Assembly: GCF_964194025.1 (NCBI RefSeq)
Contig: NC_134480.1
Span: 35,898,001-35,962,000, forward strand
Length of the DNA stretch: 64,000 nt
Source: Convolutriloba macropyga
Lineage: Eukaryota
Reading direction: 5' to 3'
The translations under genes were made by a program, and so were the position numbers. Positions 50,331 through 61,130 of the stretch are shown here, piece by piece (position 1 is the stretch's first letter; each line of letters begins with the position of its first letter). The notes under the pieces were generated by a model that saw only the letters and a list, made by a program, of their open reading frames with translations, did not search any database and was not told where the DNA came from.

Positions 50331-51469
50331 CTGATTTTTTACTGTTTTTTCGATTTATTGGATCGGATTTTTTCTAAATGGTTTTCCCAATCCATTCACA
50401 GCTCATTCTAGGCCTAATTTTTTTATTTGAATTAAATTTTAATTTCTCGCTAGTGGTTTTTTTTGTTGACATGCGGCATTTTGACATTGATTTTGTGTTT
50501 TCTTATTTTTTTGATCTGATTTTTTTAAAAATGGTCTTCTCAATTCACTTTTTTTCGCTTTACTATTTTGCCGCTTTTTCGACATTTTGCGTGAAATCTT
50601 TTTGACTTCTCTAGGCTAGTTTCTCTCTTCTCTCATTCTGCTAAAAGTGAATTTGAACATCAGTTGCTAAGCAAAGCAATTCAAAATGAACAGAGTCGGT
50701 ATAAAATATTGAAGTCAGAAATAGAAACGGGATAAACCCATAAAGCCCAATTTTAGATGCCCGCTATTTGAACGTCGTTCCTATAAGTCTTAGTTACCAC
50801 CTCTAATGCTTATTGGTGTTGATAGTAGCCCCTGTAGCCTCTCTCTAAGAAACGAAGTATGTTCAACTACGAACTGCCATCAAAATAAATCGGACTTAAA
50901 AAATATTTTTGTACAAAAATCTTTTTTTTTTTCAATATATTCTATTCGTTCAATCCCAATCATGCTTATTGGAATCAACGGCGGCTATTTTCCGGCCATC
51001 TGCCGGGTATGTTTATAATCGTTCCTTAGTTGCCATATCCCATACGGTAAGGCCCTGTTGTCATATGTTAAGATGCGTTTTGTGGAAGTAAAGAGGTAAA
51101 ATGGCCTAAATAGTCCACTTTATTTGTTAGGGCCGCAAGATTCGGTGAATGACCTTTGAATGACCTTTTGGTATTTAGCAATAAAGTACTTTCGCCTGTA
51201 TTAATTCAGAGACGCGATTTCTAAGGTTCCGCTGCTCAGTGATGGGTATCAAGCCTTTGTTTTTTCTTACTTTTTATGGTCAACAGAACAGACCCTCACA
51301 AGCTGCATGCAAAAATTTATATTTGTAGTTCTCATTTGCCAATGTTTAGCAAAAAAAAACTGGAAGACACGAGAAAGTAATTGGAGTCCAATTATATGAC
51401 TGCACAAAAAAACGTGCAAATTGGAGCTTCCATCAGTTAGTTAGTCGATTGTGAATTTGGTGATTTCAG

Positions 51470-51654
51470 AGGAGGCGTTGTGTAAGCCGTTCTGTTTTGA
51501 CGACCAGTTGAATGTGAAGTTCCCCAGCTACTTGGACATGAAGCTGCGCAAGAGCAGACTAGACATGTTATCCCATCATCACCAGGAGTCATTTACAAAC
51601 CCACTCCTCTCTATGGCTGTCAGAATCCATGCCAACAAGGCCAAGAACTTCAAG
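51470..51654 (+). CDS. ATG2: ATG2 exon 5
   Basis: Ends PLLSMAVRIHANKAKNFK (cf. ATG2 MLSVAVKI...NTK); AG/GT bounded. Confidence 0.8.
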
Positions 51655-52022
51655 GTGTGTTCTATTAAGAGCGAAAAAATATTGAGTATATCAGACTAAT
51701 AGTTTTCACGCATCACTTTATGGTTTATGGATTGAAACGATGCAAGTTGGCAGCATAGAAACATTAAAACGAACGCCGAAAAGCCGTAATCTAAGTCAAT
51801 TTACAAGCTTGCTAAATGTTTTCGATCCATGTATGTTCAACTATAGTTCGGGGCAGCCTAAGAGATCAGTTAGATCTCGAGGCTGATCTTGAATCTTCTA
51901 AGGTATCCCAGAACCGTTCTCACCTTATTTGACACAAGTTTTTGCTGTATCTTGAATCAGATGAGGATAAATTGATCTATGGTATTTAACTTTGATTCAA
52001 AAAACACTTCAAAACAATTTGT

Positions 52023-55000
52023 ACCTCGGTTCATTGTGTTGAATTCAATCTCCATTGTTGAAATAATCACCTGGGGGCTTAGTTTTGTTGGTTTTCATGC
52101 CTTTGTTGAGCAATTTTCTGATTGCACCCGATTGTTTTATGAAGTAAACGTTCAATTTGGGCAAATATAAAATTTTGCCAATTTTATCAGAGTTTGGATG
52201 GAAAACTACATAACTGCTCATGCTAGTGATCTTGACTACATGTGAGTCTGAGATAAAATGCAACGCTAACGTACCAGATACCACCATGCCTAAATGACAA
52301 ACTCCTTCATATCCTCAAATTAAAAAAGAACGGTTTCAGGATCTTTCTAATGGTTGAGGCAGATGTAAATTGAGTCAAAGTTGTATCAACATGAAAACAT
52401 CAAAATCTGAGACTTTTTTTTGGGGATATGGCATATTGGGCGAACGTCCGATTAGGATTGTAGGGATTATAATGGAGAATGCCAATTAGCACTATCAAAG
52501 GTGGTGCTTCAAATCCAACTGACGCGATACAGTTCTAAAGTTTCCCCAACAATTTTCTTTACGCGATAAAAAAGGATAATAGCTTACAAAAACGCAAAGT
52601 TTTTCAATACCAATTGTGGAATTTTAACAGTATAAAGAGAGGGCTGTACAGAAGGTAACTAATAAACTTAATAATCAAAAAATTTGATTAAAACAAATAG
52701 TGAGCTAAGATCTGCAAATAGAACCTCGGTTCATTGTGTTGAATTCAATCTCCATTGTTGAAATAATCACCTGGGGGCTTAGTTTTGTTGGTTTTCATGC
52801 CTTTGTTGAGCAATTTTCTGATTGCACCCGATTGTTTTATGAAGTAAACGTTCAATTTGGGCAAATATAAAATTTTGCCAATTTTATCAGAGTTTGGATG
52901 GAAAACTACATAACTGCTCATGCTAGTGATCTTGACTACATGTGAGTCTGAGATAAAATGCAACGCTAACGTACCAGATACCACCATGCCTAAATGACAA
53001 ACTCCTTCATATCCTCAAATTAAAAAAGAGCGGTTTCAGGATCTTTCTAATGGTTGAGGCAGATGTAAATTGAGTCAAAGTTGTATCAACATGAAAACAT
53101 CAAAATCTGAGACTTTTTTTGGGGATATGGCATATTGGGCGAACGTCCGATTAGGATTGTAGGGATTATAATGGAGAATGCCAATTAGCACTATCAAAGG
53201 TGGTGCTTCAAATCCAACTGACGCGATACAGTTCTAAAGTTTCCCCAACAATTTTCTTTACGCGATAAAAAAGGATAATAGCTTACAAAAACGCAAAGTT
53301 TTTCAATACCAATTGTGGAATTTTAACAGTATAAAGAGAGGGCTGTACAGAAGGTAACTAATAAACTTAATAATCAAAAAATTTGATTAAAACAAATAGT
53401 GAGCTAAGATCTGCAAATAGATAATAGCTTACAAAAACGCATAAATTTTTATTTTTTCAGTACCAATTGTGGAATTTTACTAATAAACTTAATAATTAAA
53501 AAACTTAATTAAAACAAATGGTGAGCTAAGATCTGCAAATAGAACAGTGACAGCTTACTGACCAAGTGCAAGGTTTATTAAAATTATACTTAGAGTCACG
53601 CAGTTTTTGAGAAGATGTCTTTATAAGAGATTTTGAGTTGCTCAGTGGCTCAAGTGAATTGAAGATTTTACAATCCTTGAAATCATTGACCACTGTCAGA
53701 ACTCGACGAAAAAATGATCTCTCTGTTAGGTTTCTCTTATAGCCAGACGAAGATACATGAACAGTATCACTTCGTAAAGATCTTTGATTCCGCCTAATCG
53801 TAAAGTAATTGTCAAACTGGATAAAGCTTCCTCCACTTCTAATTGCTAAGAAGAAATTGAGATCGCGTTAAATTAAAAGATATGATATCGGAAGGCAGTT
53901 TGCGCGCCGCAATAGCAGTAAGTAATCCGTCCTAAAGTTTCCCCAACAATTTTCTTTACGCGATAAAAAAGGATAATAGCTTACAAAAACGCAAAAGTTT
54001 TTCAATACCAATTGTGGAATTTTAACAGTACAAAGAGAGGGCTGTACAGAAGGTAACTAATAAACTTAATAATTAAAAAATTTAATTAAAACAAATAGTG
54101 AGCTAAGATCTGCAAATAGATAATAGCTTACAAAAACTCATAAGTTTTGATTTTTTCAAAACCAATTGTGTAGTTTTAATAATAAACTTAATAATTAAAA
54201 AACTTAAATAAAACAAATAATGAGCTAAGATCTGCAAATAGAACAGTGACAGTTTACTGACCAAGTGCAAGGTTGATTAAAATTATACTTAGATTCAAGC
54301 AGTTTTTGAGAAGATGTCTTAAGAGATTTTGTGTTGCTGGGTGGCTCAAGTAAATTGAAGATTTTACAATCCTTGAAATCATTGACCACTGTCACAACTC
54401 GACGAAAAAATGATCTCTCTGTTAGGTTTCTCTTATAGCCAGACGAAGATACATGAACAGTATCACTTCGTAAAGATCTTTGATTCTGCCTAATCGTAAA
54501 GTAATTGTCAAACTGGATAAAGCTTCCTCCACTTCTAATTGCTAAGAAGAAATTGAGATCGCGTTAAATTAAAAGATATGATATCGGAAGGCAGTTTGCG
54601 CGCCGCAATAGCAGTAAGTAATCCGTCCTAAAGTTTCCCCAACAATTTTCTTTACGCGATAAAAAAGGATAATAGCTTACAAAAACGCAAAGTTTTTCAA
54701 TACCAATTGTGGAATTTTAACAGTACAAAGAGAGGGCTGTACAGAAGGTAACTAATAAACTTAATAATTAAAAAAATTAATTAAAACAAATAGTGAGCTA
54801 AGGTCTGCAAATAGATAATAGCTTACAAAAACTCATAAGTTTTGATTTTTTCAAAACCAATTGTGTAGTTTTAATAATAAACTTAATAATTAAAAAACTT
54901 AAATAAAACAAATATTGAGCTAAGATCTGCAAATAGAACAGTGACAGTTTACTGACCAAGTGCAAGGTTGATTAAAATTATACTTAGACTCAAGTAGTTT

Positions 55001-56504
55001 TTGAGAAGATGTCTTTATAAGAGATTTTGTGTTGCTGGGTGGCTCAAGTAAATTGAAGATTTTACAATCCTTGAAATCATTGACCACTGTCACAACTCGA
55101 CGAAAAAATGATCTTTGTTAGGTTTCTCTTATAGCCAGACGAAGATACATGAACAGTATCACTTCCTAAAGATCTTTGATTCCGCCTAATCGTAAAGTAA
55201 TTATCAAACTGGATAAAGCTTCCTCCACTTCTAATTGCTAAGAAGAAATTGAGATCGCGTTAAATTTTCTTTACGCGATAAAAAAAGGATAATAGCTTAC
55301 AAAAACGCAAAGTTTTTCAATACCAATTGTGGAATTTTAACGGTACAAAGAGAGGGCTGTACAGAAGGTAACTAATAAACTTAATAATTAAAAAATTTAA
55401 TTAAAACAAATAGCGAGCTAAGATCTGCAAATAGATAATAGCTTACAAAAACGCATAAGTTTTTATTTTTTTAAAAACAATTGTGGAATTTTACTAATAA
55501 ACTTAATAATTAAAAAACTTAATTAAAACAAATAGTGAGCTAAGATCTGCAAATAGATAATAGCTTACAAAAACGCATAAGTTTTATTTTTTCAAGACCA
55601 ATTGTGGAGTTTTAATAATAAACTTAATAATTAAAAAACTTAAATAAAACAAATAGTGAGCTAAGATCTGCAAATAGAACAGTGACAGTTTACTGACCAA
55701 GTGCAAGTTTGATTAAAATTTTACTTAGAGTCACGCTGTTTTTGAGAAGATGTCTTTATAAGAGATGTTGAGTTGCTGGGTGGCTCAAGTAAATTGAAGA
55801 TTTTACAATCCTTGAAATCATTGACCACTGTCAGAACTCGACAAAAAAATGATCTCTCTGTTAGGTTTCTCTTATAACCAGACGAAGATACATGAACAGT
55901 ATCACTTCGTAAAGATCTTTGATTCCGCCTAATCGTAAAGTAATTGTCAAACTGGATAAAGCTTCCTCCACTTCTAATTGCTAAGAAGAAATTGAGATCT
56001 CGTTAAATTAAAAGATATGATATCGGAAGGCAGTTTGCGCGCCGCAATAGCAGTAAGTAATCCGTCCTAAATTTTCCCCAACAATTTTCTTTACGCGATA
56101 AAAAAAGGATAATAGCTTACAAAACGCAAAGTTTTTCAATACCAATTGTGGAATTTTAACAGTACAAAGAGAGGGCTGTACAGAAGGTGACTAATAAACT
56201 TAATAATTAAAAAACTTAATTAAAACAATTAGTGAGCTAAGATCTGCAAATAGAACATTGACAGTTTACTGACCAAGTGCAATTTTGATTAAAATTATAC
56301 TTAGAGTCACGCAGTTTTTGAGAAGATGTCTTTATAAGAGATTTTGAATTGCTCGGTGGCTCAAGTAAATTGAAGATTTTACAATCCTTGAAATCATTGA
56401 CCACTGTCTCAACTCGACGAAAAAATGATCTCTGTTAGGTTTCTCTTATAGCCAGACGAAGATACATGAACATTATCACTTCGTAAAGATCTTTGATTCC
56501 GCCT
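52023..56504. repeat. ~4.5-kb compound tandem array in ATG2 intron 5
   Basis: 700-bp near-perfect duplication (52023-52722 and 52723-53421) overlapping ~697-bp units starting at ~53234, 53932, 54628, ~55262 and 56066, each with ~120-bp internal subrepeats. Confidence 0.95.
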
Positions 56505-56631
56505 TTATCAAGAGGTTTAAACTGTATTTGAGACTTATGGACGATACAGTGTTTATCGTGTCAGTGATCTTCATAGAGTTTCCTTCAATCGTAATAGAAC
56601 ATGGTCCGAAGTTCGAAAAATTGTATTTCAG

Positions 56632-56813
56632 CACATTAAAGTTGCAGTCAACGCAGAAGCCGTGACATTGTTCCACAGATTTGATCAGCACCAGTGGTAC
56701 GATGACCTTCTCGAGATGTTCAGTCCGAGAGACGAACCAATACCTGGTTACAAATTCCTGCCTGTGATGACAGAACTGCACATATCGCTCACCAATTGTG
56801 CCATTTTGTACAG
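56632..56813 (+). CDS. ATG2: ATG2 exon 6
   Basis: HIKVAVNAEAVTLFHR...DEPIPGY...TELHISLTNCAILYR (cf. DEPVLGY...HVHLWSCALDYR). Confidence 0.85.
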
Positions 56814-57345
56814 GTACTAATTAAGAATGATTGCTTCTCGCTCAATGGGCGTTTTACCGTCCAGTAACTGATAAAAAATTTTTGAATTAAGATTTTTTTC
56901 ATTTTAACCTGTGCAGTTTTTCTTGAGTCTTTTAGGTATAGATTACGTGACGTCAATGAGGTCACCGAGAAAATGTGACATAATGGATAACCGGCCAGTG
57001 GTTGAAGATATAAGCCAGAATTTCAAATTGACTTTAGCAGAGTCACGCAATCGTAATTGAAACATAAACTTGGCCAGTGGTTTCAAAATAATCTGGCACT
57101 ATATAGGAAATCTGTCATACTAGAATGCGGCGCTTCCGGGATCGGGAATTTTAAAACTTGCGCGGGCGTGTTTCACTACTTAAATGTCTTTACACTAATA
57201 ATGGTCTTTATTGCCTTATAATTGTATGGTTTGAACGGTACATTTATTACGCAAGTGTTGAGTTGAAAAATTAGCAACCCTAAGCAAAATTGTAATGAGG
57301 CAATATCGAAATATCGAGTTTGAAATTGTGTTCTGTTCTGTTCAG

Positions 57346-57503
57346 ACCACTTCACTTACCGTATACAGTGGTGCTGAATACTGGCTGTTGCTACATGTCA
57401 TCCAATGTCGTAGCCGATTCGCCCTCGTCCATTTTCCAGCTTGTGATCGAAGCAGCCTCTCTCTACTTGTCATGCTCAAGGTCACTCAAGAGCAAACTCT
57501 CTG
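57346..57503 (+). CDS. ATG2: ATG2 exon 7
   Basis: RPLHLPYTVVL...SSNVVADSPSSIFQLVIEAASLYLS (cf. RPLYLP...SSS...LRIILDEAALHLS). Confidence 0.85.
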
Positions 57504-58307
57504 GTAAAAACATCTTTCAATTTTGTTATCAGTTACAATCAGTAGACAGTTTAGTACTTCATTCCAGCTCCCTCCCATTTCATTAAAAGAATAAAAAACT
57601 GCAGTTGCTGTACAGTACAAATAAAGTTAGCATAAATGAATCGTTACGAGCTTCTATTACAATTTCTCCAAAAATGACATTAGAAGAAATTATGCGTTAT
57701 TGTCGTACAACCAGGATTTTATTTGCAATAATATGTACAAACAGCGTAACAAGTAAAATTTTGACCAACAGGCTTTCTTGTTCATTCAACTTTTTTGGTA
57801 TGATCTTTTGATGCCAAAATCGGATACATTCTGATAACCGATACCGATACATTCAGAAGGTCGTAATCATTAGTTAAAAAGGAGACCTTGATCAATTTTG
57901 TTGTTCATAGATTAAGTATTAATGGGTCCGAGCTTTTTAGTTTCCATCTGAAGAATCTGAAAGAATGATTTGATACTTAGAAGCGATCTGATATTTCTCA
58001 TAATGTAAGGTCATGGCAAGTTTAACAGGAGTTGTGTTAGGTGGATGAATTTGCCCTGTTGCGATGATTTTGTTGTGGGTAGTAAAGCTTGTCCTTTAGC
58101 TTGGGCAGTAAAGCTGTTTTTCGTGCAAAACACGGATAAAATTTCAGTTGGTAAGATCAAACATTCGTTTCAAGCCAAGTTTGGGTTTCAACAACTTGGT
58201 GTTGATGTTGTGTTTGGGTGGGAGGATTTTTTCGTTATTTGGAAACCGTGAGGTTCGTTATCAATGCTATTTCTTGAGAATGACAGTTAATTGATGTTTC
58301 GCAACAG

Positions 58308-58739
58308 ATTTTGCCAAGATAGCAGACACTGGGCTTATATCGCTCGATGTCATTACCCAAAAGGGAGGACACTCGTCATCATCTTCAAAACACAAGAAGA
58401 AAAAGAGCGAAAACCATGGCACTAAGTCCGAGATCAGACTAAGTTGCGATATATTTAATATCTACACGTGTAGCGATTCGCTCAAGGTGCTATCTGAAGT
58501 CATACAATACTTAGCAGCCAGTGGAGATTGTCCAGAACGAAATGTTCCTGAAGATACCGAATCTGATGTTAACAGAAACATAATCGAGAATTCACAGAAT
58601 TTGTCGGGTGTCGTTGGGGCTAAAGGTGATAGTTTAGTGGTTGCGGAGAATAAAATTAGCTCTGGCGATGGTGGTGCTAATGGCGGTGTAAATCTCAATC
58701 AAATGATCCAATCGGCAATCAACGAAGATATGGTCGCAA
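58308..58739 (+). CDS. ATG2: ATG2 exon 8 (CAD-motif region)
   Basis: DFAKIADTGLISL...IYTCSDSLKVLSEVIQYLAASGD (cf. TCSDSCAALMNLIQYIASYGD). Confidence 0.88.
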
Positions 58740-59186
58740 GTTAGTCTGTTTTTCTGTATCATTCCGGCAAAACATTCTATTAATTGTAGCGATTTTTTGA
58801 GGTTTCTGGTCTTTTTCAAAAGCGCATAAACCGATGCAACACAAAGGCATGAAGTCGTGGTTCAGTGCTCAATTAGTATGTTTGGTACATGTTCCCCCGA
58901 ACTTGCTGAGAGGTTGTAAATTTTTTATGTAACTGACCCCCGATGTTAGATTTAATGGCAATTTTCAACAAATCATATCTTTCGCTCAGTTATCTATTAA
59001 ACTAGCTGGTCTTTCCCATGATACGAACACTGTGGCATGTTTATGTTAATGAGAGGGCTATGCGTTTCAAAAATACTAAGCTATACGTATATGAACGGCG
59101 GGGAGGGGGTGCAATTAGCTTTGATATTTCATCAAAGCTAGTAAAACTTGGCTGATTGGATGAAAAATAATGCGATTGTGTTTCAG

Positions 59187-59723
59187 GCATGCATCAAGAT
59201 TACACGGAGGCACTTCAAAATGTCTTTTTCTTCCCGGATGATTCCCAAGGAAAAGGAAGACCTTCTCCGCAAAGTAGCTCAACAAACAGTACAACTTCGA
59301 TTCACTCAGCATCTATTCAGTCGAGAAGTGAATTGTCACCAATGAATTCAAGTCAAGGTTTAGAAAGTCAGCATGACTCGATTACTGATACTGACCAGGA
59401 GTTCACAAGAAGTGCAGCCCGCGCAGTCATCACAGCTTCGCCAAGTGACTCGGTTGAGGGTGAAGTCGAAAATCTCTTAGTTGCTTCCCAGTTTTGTGTA
59501 ATCGAATCTCCATTTGTTCGCAAAAGCTCCTATGAAGGTGACTGTTCGATTCTGAGCCTTGATAATGAGGACTTGCAGCTAGTGGAAAACCATTTTGAGG
59601 AACCGATGCCCGGTAAACGGGACATGTTGAAAGCTGCTAGTTATTTGCCGACGCCGGTTTGCAAATACAACATCCAGGAGTTCAATGTTTCGTGGAAACT
59701 CTACGCTGGACATGACTTCCCAA
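59187..59723 (+). CDS. ATG2: ATG2 exon 9 (LIR-like FCVI motif)
   Basis: FFFPDD, FCVIESP, PTPVCKY, WKLYAGHDF (cf. WHLYGGKDF). Confidence 0.88.
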
Positions 59724-59995
59724 GTTAGTGCGTCAAGTCTTAAGTCTGTTGTGGGATGTGTTTCTGTCCATCATAAAATAAATTGTTTTCACGAGTCGGT
59801 GTGAACACACTGATGCGTTTTTAATATTTTTGACGAGGTTGATAATGTTTTATATGAGGAGCGAAAAGCCATTAAAATTAAAATTTCCCAATAAAAGGAT
59901 GGAGTTTTTTTAAGGTGATCTCACCATTACGGAAATGCTGAAGTAGTTGCTTTATGTACTAAATATTGATTGATATACGATTGTTCATTTTCCAG

Positions 59996-60057
59996 GTGCA
60001 AGTGGAATGCAATATGGCAGGGATAAGACAAATCTGGTCGACCTCTGTTTTCAAAAG
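59996..60057 (+). CDS. ATG2: ATG2 exon 10
   Basis: GRDKTNLVDLCFQK (cf. GRNHDFLMEIQLSK); AG/GT bounded and phase-consistent. Confidence 0.78.
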
Positions 60058-60329
60058 GTAATTATCAGGCTTCAAAAGCCTTTTTCTGAGGCTGCTTATG
60101 TTTTGTACCTGAAAGAATTGTATCGAAATGACCTTCGAATTGAGGTTTCTTATAGCTTGAAAATAGGTTCGCAGGGTTGGCGGTAATTTAGTACTGAAAG
60201 TCAATCAAAATGTCGCCAAAATTGATTTCATTTTTACAGAAATCATTTTATGGTCTAATAATATCGTACCCTAACCCCTCTGCTTGACGTTTATAAGCAA
60301 TTCATCCAAAGTTAACTAGTTGTTTTTAG

Positions 60330-60494
60330 ATTGAGTTGCTGTACGAGCAATACTCACATCCGAAGTACAAATCCAGGCTGGCTATTGCTTGCGATGATGT
60401 CGAAGTCCTGGATCGCATTTCAGCTTCCTCCATCAACAAAATGCTCTACTGCTACTCGGCTGAAAATTGTCTGCGACAGGCACACGCACACATG
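60330..60494 (+). CDS. ATG2: ATG2 exon 11 (gene continues beyond window)
   Basis: SRLAIACDDVEVLDRISASSINKMLYCYS...RQAHAHM (cf. DLEIRDRLATSQMNKFLYLY...RKAHSNM). Confidence 0.88.
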
Positions 60495-60639
60495 GTTAGT
60501 GGATTTCTGCTAGCGTCTGTTCATAGGGAAGATTCAAACACAGAACACACACACACACACTTATAAAAATTGAAAAGTCAGAGAAATAAGGTCTTTTCCC
60601 AAAATAAAGGTGATTATAAGAGCAGCGACTACAGAGAAC

Positions 60640-61130
60640 TGATAGCCGGGTGGTTAATGCTTCAGTCTATTAGCGCGGAGGTCGGGTGTTTGAACCCCTC
60701 CTTGGTCGCAGTTTTCTGCACCCCATAAAACATTATCAATGTTACAGCCCTCTCTGAACTAAATTGCCACGCCAGTCGTTTGAGAGAACTTTACTCGCTG
60801 TTAGTCAGTTCATGTATTCTGTTGGTTGTTTCCCCATTTTTTAAAGCTTGTTTGAGCCAGGTTTTTAGGCTTTATTGGTTGTTAATTGCTCTCAAACGAA
60901 GTTTTTACGAATTACATTAGTCTGACCATGGCTTTTTATCCTCAAAAACCAGGTAAAGCCCTCCCTAGATAACCAGGTAAAGCCCAGAGGGAATTAAGTC
61001 GCTGAGCAGCTCTCTGTGCAGGGCCTTAGACCTTACTGGTTTCTTAGTATGCGATTAACCGAAACTGTTCTGGCAGCGTAATTTCATGGTATGAAGGGGA
61101 TTCTTAGAGTTTCACCCCTGATCCCCATTC
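60640..61130 (+). mobile_element. tRNA-derived SINE-like repeat; related pieces at ~43458-43690, 37345-37960, 43860-44340 and 47830-48600
   Basis: A-box-like TAGCCGGGTGG and B-box-like GTTTGAACCC head; shared body motifs GTTTGAGAGCAA, TTAATTGCTCTC and TTTCATGGTRTGAAGG. Confidence 0.6.

Noticed and set aside
52023-56504. CRISPR-like or coding repeat array; duplicated 80-aa ORFs at 52045 and 52745
   Set aside because: Units are 120-700 bp with no unique spacers and no cas genes; the ORFs are identical only because of the duplication and lie antisense within an intron.
60640-60710. Functional tRNA gene
   Set aside because: Acceptor and anticodon stems do not pair and the B-box is mutated; it is embedded in a dispersed repeat.
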